Source: a virus. From it: 64,000 nt of DNA. The stretch covers positions 32,001 through 96,000 of IMG/VR virus record IMGVR_UViG_3300031957_001682; one strand, 5' to 3'. Numbering within the stretch: the first letter of the stretch is position 1; each line of letters begins with the position of its first letter. This document shows, in pieces, positions 28,594 through 37,723 of the stretch. The notes under the pieces were generated by a model. It saw only the letters and a program-made list of their open reading frames with translations, had not been told where the DNA came from and did not search any database. The translations under genes were made by a program, and so were the position numbers.

Positions 28594-30257
28594 CCCATGT
28601 GCCCCCGCTTTGAAGTAAGATAACCAGCGGGGTCAAGTCCTAAACGACTTGAATTGGTTTCAAGATTTTGAGTAGGACCGTCATTCTTCTCATCTTCATC
28701 TTCATTCTGTTGCACACCGGCTGGATGCGCTGGCACTGCCCCTTCTTCAAAAGCCGACGCTGTACCCGCTTTTTTCATATTGGCTTTTTTTCTTTGAAGT
28801 TCAATTAACTGCCTCATCAATTGAAGCATTTCAACACGATTAGCGTGACGATTACCTTTGAGTAAATCACTTTCAGTACGCTCTTCACTCATCATCATTG
28901 TTGACGATGGTGCTGGCATACTCGGAACGCTACTCATCGGTGGAGCCATCTGTGGCATTTGTGGCATGGCTGGCACACGAGGCATACGAGGCACACGAGG
29001 CATACGAGGGCGGCGCATTCTTCGGAGAGAAGGCTGTCGCATTTGTCCCGATTGACCCGGTAATAGACCAGTTAAACGCCCAGCACCAGTTGGTCCAGCA
29101 GTAAACGACCTTGCGCTGTGACGAGCGTGTGGAGAATATGTGTTGCGAACACCACCAAGAATTTTTTGTGATTCTTGCTGGCCCATGTATTGACGGTATT
29201 TTTGTGGGTCTTTACTCATGGGTTGCTTAGTCGCAATACCACGGTGACTCATTTCAACAGACAAGTGAGGCTTCATCAAACCTGTTTTCTTTCCACCCTT
29301 GATACCACGCATTCTTGCTTTAAATCGCTTCATGGTTGCACCAACACCACCGCTTTGCCCACCCGGTGGTTTCTTGAATTGTCCAGTTGAAGGGCGGAAC
29401 TCTCTTCGTTTTTCACGGCGACGACGAGCCTCTATTGTACCCATTGTGTCACGCTTAAGTAGTGTACTCCAAGCATCAGCCATTGGTTCACTCATGGTAA
29501 AACTTGTTTCATCATTAAACGGTACATCAGTAAAATCACGATATTTACCTTCTATATCATCAAACGGAGGTTGTGCATCATCAACTTGAAAATTATGTAA
29601 ATCATATAATTTCTCAAAAAAATCTTCACGAGATGTAGCACTTGCTAAGTGGTTTATGTCGGGTTGTTGGAAATCATCTGCAAGACCCTCATACAAATGG
29701 GGGTTATCTATCTGTTCTTGAATCCAATTATACCATTCGGGGTGAACATCATTACGATTTGGCATTTTGTAATCGTGTTTGTATTGATTTTCACCGGGAT
29801 GAACCGTAGGTTCTTCTTTCAACAATGTACTCCAAGCACCATCCATCGGCTCGCCTGTTCTTACGGCTGAATTACCCGTACCCATCGCTGAACCTGTACC
29901 TGTCTTTGCACCTGTGGCTAAATCGAGTAAATGTCCACGACTACCAGCCGGTCCACCTTGAAGCCCTATCTCACGCTCATCATCACGCTTGTTACCGTCA
30001 TCAAGACCGGGTTCTGTTTCCAATCCCGCCCCTTGACCTAACCCTTGAGATGGTTTAATTTTGATGTGTTTGATTTCTTTGGCCTTTTTCTTAGCCTCTT
30101 CTTCTTTGAGTTTTTTTGCTTCTGCCCGCTTTTCATTATCTTCGGGTGAAGTAGGGTTGTATTTACCCTCATCTTCATTAGCAGAAGAATACATGTGAGA
30201 TGATTCACTACGGGGTGCATACATGCGTGTGTCCGAACCTCGACCCATAACCATCAT
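28590..30257 (-). CDS. Modular low-complexity protein with two cargo tags
   Basis: GEPMDGAWSTLLK-E and SEPMADAWSTLLK-R flank an acidic ~110-aa insert; followed by an Arg/Lys-rich region and (R/M/P) repeats. Confidence 0.6.
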   Translation of the reverse strand: MMVMGRGSDTRMYAPRSESSHMYSSANEDEGKYNPTSPEDNEKRAEAKKLKEEEAKKKAKEIKHIKIKPSQGLGQGAGLETEPGLDDGNKRDDEREIGLQGGPAGSRGHLLDLATGAKTGTGSAMGTGNSAVRTGEPMDGAWSTLLKEEPTVHPGENQYKHDYKMPNRNDVHPEWYNWIQEQIDNPHLYEGLADDFQQPDINHLASATSREDFFEKLYDLHNFQVDDAQPPFDDIEGKYRDFTDVPFNDETSFTMSEPMADAWSTLLKRDTMGTIEARRRREKRREFRPSTGQFKKPPGGQSGGVGATMKRFKARMRGIKGGKKTGLMKPHLSVEMSHRGIATKQPMSKDPQKYRQYMGQQESQKILGGVRNTYSPHARHSARSFTAGPTGAGRLTGLLPGQSGQMRQPSLRRMRRPRMPRVPRMPRVPAMPQMPQMAPPMSSVPSMPAPSSTMMMSEERTESDLLKGNRHANRVEMLQLMRQLIELQRKKANMKKAGTASAFEEGAVPAHPAGVQQNEDEDEKNDGPTQNLETNSSRLGLDPAGYLTSKRGHMG

Positions 30258-30934
30258 TCCACCCCCATGTTTGCTTCAAGTTGCTTTTTAATTCGAGTCC
30301 ATGTTTCCGGGCTTTCTTTACTTAATTCGATTGACAACACATTGATTGTTTGATTAATTTGTTGTCCGTCGCTTTGTGCGCCCCATTGGTCTTGGAACCG
30401 AAGTAGGTCTTTGACTGTTTCTCGCACTTCTTTATGCAATATAACAGCATCCCTTACGAAGCCATCTTCGTGTACACTCCCCTCATCAAGTAATTCGGAA
30501 AGTTTATGATTTAATTTTTGAGCGTTTGAGCGTAGTAATTCAATTTCTCGACCTGCTGTAAGTGCTACTTCTAACGCCGCTGTTTTTTGCACCAGCGGTT
30601 GAAAGTGATTTTTCATGTGACTATACACTACACTTTCACTTATTTCAAGAGCCGTAGCAATGGCATCAGTAGTTCCTCCATTGTTAAAATACTCAAATTC
30701 GTATTCAGCCCGATTAGGTGAAGCACATACAGGGCAAGATGGATTTGCCGCCATGTGGTATTCACCCATGTGATTACGATAATGACGGTCAGCGGTATTG
30801 GCTCGCCATCCCATGTTTTTATCCATTTCTTTAGGTGTGATGTGACCTTGTAAGAGTTGTTCTTCTAACTCATCACGGTCTTCATGAATGCACATTCGGC
30901 AAGAGCGTTTGACAACTTTATCACCGCCCTCCAT
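30254..30934 (-). CDS. Putative terminase small subunit / tandem Zn-HTH DNA-binding protein
   Basis: Two repeats of CxxC-x3-R..E...G...I/M...H-x2-NH followed by a coiled coil; heads the operon leading to terL. Confidence 0.5.
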   Translation of the reverse strand: MEGGDKVVKRSCRMCIHEDRDELEEQLLQGHITPKEMDKNMGWRANTADRHYRNHMGEYHMAANPSCPVCASPNRAEYEFEYFNNGGTTDAIATALEISESVVYSHMKNHFQPLVQKTAALEVALTAGREIELLRSNAQKLNHKLSELLDEGSVHEDGFVRDAVILHKEVRETVKDLLRFQDQWGAQSDGQQINQTINVLSIELSKESPETWTRIKKQLEANMGVE

Positions 30935-30967
30935 GACAGTGCTACGAGTTGCCTTTAGAAAACTGTT

Positions 30968-31285
30968 ATGGTAAATGTAGTGTTCGCAAAAAACATGTGG
31001 AGGGTAAAAAGAGTAGCAGGTGTGCCGCTTAACAAAGAAAGTATTCGTAGCCTTACACAAGCCGCTAAGGATGTTGTAAAAGGTGAATACGCACCTACAA
31101 ATTTAGTGAAAGAAAGACTTCGTATATGTGGCACTTGTCCTCACGGTGGTACAAAATGCTCACTTTGTGGTTGTTTTTTGAAGTCTAAAACAGCATTGCT
31201 TAACTCGCAATGCCCAATACACAAATGGCCGTCAGCGAGTGATACGGGAATAAACACCAGTGAGCATAAGGAAACTACCAAATAA
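30968..31285 (+). CDS. Small Cys-rich phage protein
   Basis: ERLRICGTCP...CSLCGCFLKSK...CPIHKW pattern common in phages. Confidence 0.65.
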   Translation: MVNVVFAKNMWRVKRVAGVPLNKESIRSLTQAAKDVVKGEYAPTNLVKERLRICGTCPHGGTKCSLCGCFLKSKTALLNSQCPIHKWPSASDTGINTSEHKETTK

Positions 31286-31483
31286 TCCTACAAGGTAATA
31301 AGAAACGCTGGCTGAATCCATTGTTCCTCCTTTAAAAATTAAAATCATAAGCATAGTCACAATAATAGAAATTAGTTGCACCATTACCATATCAATTATA
31401 ATGCTTCGATTTGGATTTAACATATCGAGTGTAGTAGCGGCAAAGGAAGTTGGAATGTACCCTGTATAATCATATTCTTTCAT
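31232..31483 (-). CDS. Small 2-TM membrane protein
   Basis: Two hydrophobic helices; GAGGTGA RBS. Confidence 0.7.
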   Translation of the reverse strand: MKEYDYTGYIPTSFAATTLDMLNPNRSIIIDMVMVQLISIIVTMLMILIFKGGTMDSASVSYYLVGLFGSFLMLTGVYSRITR

Positions 31484-31487
31484 AATA

Positions 31488-32111
31488 TCACCTCATACCA
31501 ATAAAACTGCGACCAAGACTACCAAGCCCTCCGCCGACTTTTTCCATTACACCTTCATTAGCAAGAGCCGCTGAAAGCGCACCACCCATCATAGACTGTT
31601 GAGCGAAAGTTGACAGTTGTTGTTGTTCCATTTCTGTTTGACTTACTTTCTGTGTAGCGGCGGCTTGAAGATTGGTAAATTGTCCCGTCACATTTTCTGC
31701 GCTCATAGTTTGCAAATTTGATGGAAGTGAAGTCACATCCATTTTCATTGTACCACTTTCTTCGTCAATAGTAAAAGTAGCATTACGAAGAACTTCAAGA
31801 ACACTGAAACTCACAAGGTTGCTAAACATTTCAACAAGAGTTCCCATTTGTGGGCTGGCAACATATCGCTCAATAGGAGTAATACCTCGTAAAAGCATAA
31901 TTTGAATTTCAAGTTCACTTGGAGGTGCTACCGGTTGTTGAGTAAATTGATTTTGTTGACCACCAAACATTCCTTGCATAATAGGGGCTTGACTCACACC
32001 CATCATTTGCTGATTAGCCCACGGATTTTGTTGTGTTGCGGGTGCGCCTAAATTCAAAGCACCGTTATTCATTGGTGTCGCACTTCCGCCTAATCCCAAC
32101 ATCTCACTCAC
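31488..32111 (-). CDS. Hypothetical Gln/Met-rich protein
   Basis: Coupled ORF; C-terminal amphipathic Gly-rich helix. Confidence 0.65.
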   Translation of the reverse strand: MSEMLGLGGSATPMNNGALNLGAPATQQNPWANQQMMGVSQAPIMQGMFGGQQNQFTQQPVAPPSELEIQIMLLRGITPIERYVASPQMGTLVEMFSNLVSFSVLEVLRNATFTIDEESGTMKMDVTSLPSNLQTMSAENVTGQFTNLQAAATQKVSQTEMEQQQLSTFAQQSMMGGALSAALANEGVMEKVGGGLGSLGRSFIGMR

Positions 32112-33057
32112 CTACCCCAATACTTTCTTGCTCAAGAGGGTTTTGATTGACTACTTGGGCTACTTGTTGTTGTACAAGTGCTTGAAAAGCCGGTGTTGCT
32201 TGTTGTTCTAACGCTAATTCATGTTGAAATATACGCAAATCAAAAGAAACCGTAGTAATGTCATTTTCTCCTGTAATTGGGTTGGTGTAATGATTCACAT
32301 TGATGCCTTTTGTTTTGCGAGAATCTTTTTCCAGTTCAGCAAAAAAAGGCTCATATTTTTTCAACATAGTAGGAGTAGGGTCTTTTTTGGTGACAGCCGA
32401 AACAGGAACAGTCACAATTGATACACCCTGCTTGACTCTATCTCGTAGTCGTTTTGGATTTGATTCGTTAATGCGGTCTTCTTCTGCTTCCCACTTAACG
32501 AGTAAATGGTATAGATGCATGTGTTCGGGGCAATAAGTTCCTCTCATTTTACGACCACTGGTGACTCGCTCTAAAGCCACAAACGCTTCCGGCTCACCTG
32601 TCACTGGATTTTGCCAATACATTTCCCAAAGACTTCGCCCTGTATCTTCATCGCAAATCTTAGCGTACAAATTATCATATTGAATTAAAGTAGCACAATC
32701 ACACCCATCGACTACACACACACTTGTTTGTTTATTGTAGTGGTATTTTCTTCCAAATACCCATCGTAAAGGATTTAAAAGCCCTCGCTTTGAGGGTGTA
32801 AGAAGTTTGTACGCTTGCTTAATATCTTTTTTTCTTGCTTTTTGTGGGTCGGGATGACGACTTGGGTAAAAATTAACTTTAGGAACTTGCAAATTATTTT
32901 GACTTGCAACTTTTTGCATTGCGCCTTGTGCTGTTGCTTGTTCCATTAAAGCGGCATACGAAAGAGTATCATTACCCTGTTGACTTAACGCCATTAAATG
33001 TGCTTGGTTTACACTACCGAGATTTGCTTGGTTTTGTTGACTAAACTGTGGTATCAT
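32104..33057 (-). CDS. Hypothetical protein with probable Zn site
   Basis: CVVDGCDC...YCPEH; amphipathic LLNPLRWVFG segment. Confidence 0.65.
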   Translation of the reverse strand: MIPQFSQQNQANLGSVNQAHLMALSQQGNDTLSYAALMEQATAQGAMQKVASQNNLQVPKVNFYPSRHPDPQKARKKDIKQAYKLLTPSKRGLLNPLRWVFGRKYHYNKQTSVCVVDGCDCATLIQYDNLYAKICDEDTGRSLWEMYWQNPVTGEPEAFVALERVTSGRKMRGTYCPEHMHLYHLLVKWEAEEDRINESNPKRLRDRVKQGVSIVTVPVSAVTKKDPTPTMLKKYEPFFAELEKDSRKTKGINVNHYTNPITGENDITTVSFDLRIFQHELALEQQATPAFQALVQQQVAQVVNQNPLEQESIGVGE

Positions 33058-33236
33058 TGTTTTTCACCTTTGTACATTTTAAGATAAAAACCATTTTGTA
33101 AGTCACCGCAAAGTTCCCATTTGATTTTATCACCTGCTGATAATTCTAATAATTCTGCCATTACCGCTGGTATGACGGTTCTAACACATTTACTTTTTTT
33201 ATTCACGGCAATTACAGTTGTAGTTTTGTTTAACAT
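33054..33236 (-). CDS. AbrB/MazE-like swapped-hairpin DNA-binding protein
   Basis: RTVIPAVMAELLELSAGDKIKW matches the archaeal AbrB-like pattern. Confidence 0.7.
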   Translation of the reverse strand: MLNKTTTVIAVNKKSKCVRTVIPAVMAELLELSAGDKIKWELCGDLQNGFYLKMYKGEKQ

Positions 33237-33245
33237 ATTTTTCCC

Positions 33246-33962
33246 TCAAGTTGTTAATAAGTCAATCATGGTTTCTTCCACATTCCATCCTATTCGTGTA
33301 GCCATAAAAGACCTGCGAGTAGGTATGTTTGCTTTTTGAAGTCGAATTAAATCATCTCGAAATGCATCAAAGATTTTGTGTTCACCAATGCGGTTTTGTT
33401 GCCAAAGCATAGCGGCATTTTCATCAAAAAATCGGTCGGCTTTGTTAGCCACAAGCATAACTAAACGAGGTGCGTACTTTTTACCCTTCCAACGACTTTT
33501 GAAGTTTCTATACCGATATGAGCGATTGATTAAACTATCAACAAGATACTTGAAGCCAGCAATTTGTTGCAATGCTTCTTCACCACCTTTTATTGCCCTG
33601 TCATCAAAAACAAATAAAACGGCTTCAACTTGTCTTCCTACCATATCGTCAATCCAAAGATTCCAAAACCGTTCTTGTCCTCCTACATCGGATGAATACA
33701 CCACTCGCTTTTGTCCTTTCCAAGAAATGCGTTTACGAGTTGCTTTAGGCATCATGTATCGACCAAGTAATTTCATGTGTGAAGTTCGCTCTTCATCACT
33801 TATTTCTTCCATTTCACCCGGAGTTGTCATGTATCGGTCAAGTGTAGTTTTACCTACCATTGCCGCTCCATAGACACCTACTTTTCTTGGTCGCCAAGAG
33901 TTGTATAACATTTGACCATAAAGAGCCGCACCTACAAGTGCTGAACCTGCTGGGTCAACCAT
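33246..33962 (-). CDS. Ras-superfamily small GTPase (Arf/Rab-like)
   Basis: G1 GAAMVGKTT, G2 Thr (ERTS), G3 DVGGQERFWNLW, AVLFVFD, G4 ANKAD, G5-like MATRIGWNVEE; N-terminal hydrophobic helix. Confidence 0.85.
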   Translation of the reverse strand: MVDPAGSALVGAALYGQMLYNSWRPRKVGVYGAAMVGKTTLDRYMTTPGEMEEISDEERTSHMKLLGRYMMPKATRKRISWKGQKRVVYSSDVGGQERFWNLWIDDMVGRQVEAVLFVFDDRAIKGGEEALQQIAGFKYLVDSLINRSYRYRNFKSRWKGKKYAPRLVMLVANKADRFFDENAAMLWQQNRIGEHKIFDAFRDDLIRLQKANIPTRRSFMATRIGWNVEETMIDLLTT

Positions 33963-34215
33963 TTAACTTCCCCCATATCCAATCTGCAAGATTTTGTACT
34001 TTTTTCCAAACCCATTCAACGGTGTTTTCCCAAAAAGATTCACCTGTGGTTAGTTCCCATAGACTGATTATCAATGCAGTAATAAAACAAAAAAAGACTG
34101 TTCTTATCCAACCGATTCCTTTTTCGTAATATGTGTCAAGAGTGTTTTGAGTGTGCATTGCACGAAGTGTGGCCTCGGTTGAATCATCAGTAGGGGTTTT
34201 GAAGATACGACCCAT
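33955..34215 (-). CDS. Single-TM membrane protein
   Basis: WIRTVFFCFITALIISLW plus a Trp-rich amphipathic C-terminus; overlaps the GTPase start. Confidence 0.7.
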   Translation of the reverse strand: MGRIFKTPTDDSTEATLRAMHTQNTLDTYYEKGIGWIRTVFFCFITALIISLWELTTGESFWENTVEWVWKKVQNLADWIWGKLNG

Positions 34216-34224
34216 TTAACCAAC

Positions 34225-34755
34225 TCACTTTTTCTTTTCTTCTTCTTCTTTTATACCAAGATTAATTGGTTGTTTTACTTCTGCTTCATGATTTGGAATA
34301 CCCGGATTAAATTTTTCAGCGTCATGCTGTGAAATTAACGACTGTGAACCACCCGGTACACCCCAACTTGGAGGCATTTTACCGGGGTTCATTTCCATCC
34401 AGCGCAATTCTTGTTCAAGTTGTGCTTCTTGCATACGCATTTCCATATCATTGCGTCGATTATCAAAACTAAGTTGCATTTGGCGGTATCGGTCTTGCCT
34501 ACTCTTCTCAACTTGTGTTGTTCGTACTCTTTCTTGCATGTTTTGTTCAAAAAACATCTTAAAAAAGTAATATGCAATACCTTGAACAAAAAATGCCGCC
34601 ATAGCATAAGTAAAACCATTTAACATTGGTGTATCGCTAATTAACCATAATTCTGCATCAAAAACACCAATTGCGATACCTACTAATGCCGATTGAGCCA
34701 AAATTAGCCCCATAAGTCGTATTTCTGCGTCCGAGTCTTGCCTGTTGCCTTGCAT
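34225..34755 (-). CDS. 2-TM membrane protein with cytoplasmic coiled coil
   Basis: Two hydrophobic helices then a Gln/Glu/Arg/Met coiled coil; BRE/TATA-like GCGAAATGCTTATA ~30 nt upstream on the minus strand. Confidence 0.7.
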   Translation of the reverse strand: MQGNRQDSDAEIRLMGLILAQSALVGIAIGVFDAELWLISDTPMLNGFTYAMAAFFVQGIAYYFFKMFFEQNMQERVRTTQVEKSRQDRYRQMQLSFDNRRNDMEMRMQEAQLEQELRWMEMNPGKMPPSWGVPGGSQSLISQHDAEKFNPGIPNHEAEVKQPINLGIKEEEEKKK

Positions 34756-34802
34756 GTTGCTCGTTATTGGTCAATTTGGAAGCCAATATAAGCATTTCGC
34801 TA

Positions 34803-34935
34803 TAATTGTCATCATTGTCATAATACCATTCAAAATAATGAGTAGTATTACTATATATTTAGTGTAGGGGGGTGAAAATGACAAACATTAGTCAATTTGT
34901 TGACTACGATGATGACAATTATGACAATTGACAAT
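34803..34935. repeat. Non-coding TGACA/TGTCA inverted-repeat element, copy A
   Basis: attgtcatcattgtcataat ... AT-rich core ... aatgacaa, gtcaatttgttgac, atgacaattatgacaattgacaat. Confidence 0.7.
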
Positions 34936-37670
34936 CAAAGTAAGGTTCCTTTGTCCTTGAAATGCCTCGCTCGGTTGGTATGAGGGTCTTCGGGAACAAT
35001 AGTGTGCTGGCTGGTGTGGCTCATGTCCGGTCCACCCTGTCCCATAATGTGTCGTTGTCGGCGTTCACGGTTAAGTTCCTCTCGATACTTCACACGCTCC
35101 GGGCTGGACTCGTACTTCTTGTCGTACTCCAACTTATGCCGCTTGGCTTCGGGGCTTACACGCTCTTTAAGTAATCGCATAGCAATCTCCATTGGTTCGC
35201 CTTGCTGTATCATTTGCGGTTGTTGAGATTGTAAATGATTCCAATACTCATAGGTATCGGGTCTATGTTGTAGCATTTCATTAACCCCCGTTTGATTTGA
35301 TTGGTCCGATTGATGTGCACCATATTCATGAGCATACACTCTTGCTTGATTAGCCAACGCAACTCTTTGTTTTTCAGCATCCATTTCGGCTTGGTTTGTA
35401 GGTTTGGTCTTTAATCTTTGTAAAAAAGAGGCTCCTTGCATATCTGTAGGATATTCGGGTTTTACTTGAGATTGTAATGGCCCATGTTGTTGTTCTGCCC
35501 ATTCATTTATTTCGGGGTTAATTAGACTGTGCGTATATTCATGCCCAAGAGTGTTTGCTAATCCTTGTATAGATTCATCACTGTCGTTTATACCACGCAC
35601 ATCAGCCCCAATAAAATCCCCATTTGATTGAAGTCGTGGTTGAGAGCCACCGGTTGTGTAATCACCTTTATTTTGAATTTCTTGCACAGTATTTTTATCC
35701 ACTCCACTCATTCGATTCATAGTTTGATTGCGAGGTATTGATAGCAATGCTTCATTGCTAATATCGGCAGGTGTATAAAATCCCTGCATACCTTCTTCGT
35801 CATCACCAATATAGAACTCTTTGAGCAAACGCATAGCAATATCCATTGGTTCGCCTTGCTGTATCATTTGCGGCTGTTGTACTTGCGGCTGTTGTACTTG
35901 CGGCTGTTGTACTTGCGGCTGTTGTACTTGCGGCTGTTGTAATGGTAATTGTTGTTGATTTGGGTCTGTTGGTTGTACAACTGGGTTAGGTTGCATGTAT
36001 TGAGCCATTCGTTGATTATAGTCATCCGTAATTTGTTCACGATTTTTCCCCCATCTCATTCTGTATGGCTCTTTAGGTCTAACTTCACCTCTTTGATTTG
36101 TTTGTTGAAGATTGGGTGTATCAATTTCTGTATTTTCTCTTTGTGCTATTTGCCCTCCTATTGATAAAGCGGGTTGTGACATGGCTGTATTTATCTCATT
36201 TTGGTTATTTGTTCTCGCATGTGCTGTGTTTTCTAATACTGAATTTGTAATGGGTGTATTGGTTAAAAATTGTCTTGGTATATTTCCACCGTAATGTGTT
36301 GCATCACTAAAATCAACTGTTTGTCCTTGCGCTGTTTTAAAATTATGACTTGGGCCTATGAAATTTGGATGGTTTTGGTCGAAAGCGGCTTGTCTTATTG
36401 CTAATAATTTAGGTTTGGAGTGTGTACCTCCACCATGATGACCCACACTTCTATCAATTGCATAACTAAGTGCTTCCGAAGGATTTGTACTCATGGTGCG
36501 GTAATTATCACTATGTGTTTTTAAACCATCTCCACCCATTATTTTTCTTGCATCATCACCCGTAGTTCCGTGATAAGCAACTACAGGGCCGTAAGGTGAA
36601 GGAAAGTCTTCATGATGCTCGCCTAAATTAGTTTGATATTTAAGCAACCGCATAGCGAGGTCCATTGGTTCGCTTCTATAGAATTGTGTTGGGTTTTTTA
36701 ATGCACCCGGAATTGCAGTTAATTGGTCATCGAGTAATTGCATTTGTTCGGGCGAAGTATGTGTTTCATCTAATTCTGCTACACGCCCCGATGGTCCCAT
36801 AGTTCGTTCCCATTGTTGAAAAGTACCATGTAATGGGTCCATACCCCCACCTATGTTTCCTGTTAAATCGTTGAGGTTTTCTGTTATAGAAGAAATTACT
36901 TTTCCATCCGGTCCTATTTTTGTTGGTACAATATCTTGGAATGATTTTATACCATAGGCTCTTGCTGTTTGTGGGTCAATTAAAGCACCCGGAATTTCAG
37001 CATCCATTATCATTTGGGCAAGTTCACGAGCACGATGACGCTGTGCTCCTTCCAGTCCTATTCTTGATGGAGGGGCATCTTTACTTCTTGGTAAAAACAT
37101 ACTTGCGGCTCTTTGAAGGTCATAAAGCATAAATGGGTTTTTGTTAAGTCGGCGTACACTGTCTTCTTCTAAATCACCATAAATGATTCCTTCGGGGTCT
37201 TGATTTTTACCGTATCTTTCCGGTGTACTTTCAAAACCATACAAATTTAAAGGCCATGCTCTTTTACTTTCGGGTACATCAACAAATTCGCTACCTTGTC
37301 TTGGTGTTAAACCCATTGCATGACTCGGAAAAACAAACCTTCCTCCAAGTGGCTCATCAGTCATTATGGTTTCAAGTGGTAGTTCTTCCCCTCGACCCAT
37401 TTCTAAATTATGGTCCCTAAAACTTGTATTTTCACGATTGGCAAGTTTTCTTGCTAAATGTAAATTTTTACTTGGGTGGTATTTACTGGTATTTTGTGCA
37501 GAAGTTAATCTAAGTGACCTATTTGGAGAGTATCTTTGGTGAAAACCAGCCATAAGTTCATCGAATTTTCGCTCATTATACTCACGAATAATTTCATCCC
37601 AACGCTCATTTTGGTTTTTAAGAAGGAGGAAAGCCTGTTCCATTGGCTCTAACTCTCTACGCATACGCAC
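34935..37670 (-). CDS. Four-module polyprotein (unknown / ART-like / zincin-like / HNH-like), each module preceded by a cargo tag
   Basis: EPMEQAFLLLK, EPMDLAMRLLK, EPMDIAMRLLK, EPMEIAMRLLK; modules carry YHGT..ST...A.SYA..GNIP, HEYTH...HEYGAH, and DMSH...EDPHTNRAR. Confidence 0.75.
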   Translation of the reverse strand: MRMRRELEPMEQAFLLLKNQNERWDEIIREYNERKFDELMAGFHQRYSPNRSLRLTSAQNTSKYHPSKNLHLARKLANRENTSFRDHNLEMGRGEELPLETIMTDEPLGGRFVFPSHAMGLTPRQGSEFVDVPESKRAWPLNLYGFESTPERYGKNQDPEGIIYGDLEEDSVRRLNKNPFMLYDLQRAASMFLPRSKDAPPSRIGLEGAQRHRARELAQMIMDAEIPGALIDPQTARAYGIKSFQDIVPTKIGPDGKVISSITENLNDLTGNIGGGMDPLHGTFQQWERTMGPSGRVAELDETHTSPEQMQLLDDQLTAIPGALKNPTQFYRSEPMDLAMRLLKYQTNLGEHHEDFPSPYGPVVAYHGTTGDDARKIMGGDGLKTHSDNYRTMSTNPSEALSYAIDRSVGHHGGGTHSKPKLLAIRQAAFDQNHPNFIGPSHNFKTAQGQTVDFSDATHYGGNIPRQFLTNTPITNSVLENTAHARTNNQNEINTAMSQPALSIGGQIAQRENTEIDTPNLQQTNQRGEVRPKEPYRMRWGKNREQITDDYNQRMAQYMQPNPVVQPTDPNQQQLPLQQPQVQQPQVQQPQVQQPQVQQPQMIQQGEPMDIAMRLLKEFYIGDDEEGMQGFYTPADISNEALLSIPRNQTMNRMSGVDKNTVQEIQNKGDYTTGGSQPRLQSNGDFIGADVRGINDSDESIQGLANTLGHEYTHSLINPEINEWAEQQHGPLQSQVKPEYPTDMQGASFLQRLKTKPTNQAEMDAEKQRVALANQARVYAHEYGAHQSDQSNQTGVNEMLQHRPDTYEYWNHLQSQQPQMIQQGEPMEIAMRLLKERVSPEAKRHKLEYDKKYESSPERVKYREELNRERRQRHIMGQGGPDMSHTSQHTIVPEDPHTNRARHFKDKGTLL
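35176..35879. repeat. 50-bp direct repeats (35176-35225 and 35830-35879) bracketing the zincin module
   Basis: cgcatagcaat(c/a)tccattggttcgccttgctgtatcatttgcgg(t/c)tgttg, 2 mismatches. Confidence 0.9.
35868..35940. repeat. 15-bp tandem repeat, about 5 copies (QQPQV linker)
   Basis: ttgcggctgttgtac repeated. Confidence 0.9.
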
Positions 37671-37723
37671 CAGTTGGTGGTAAAAAGCGATACCATTTAG
37701 AATGCTCGCCCGCTACGAGAGTC

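Noticed and set aside
33054-33236. Toxin-antitoxin module around the AbrB-like gene
   Set aside because: No adjacent PIN/MazF-like toxin recognisable; more likely an operon regulator
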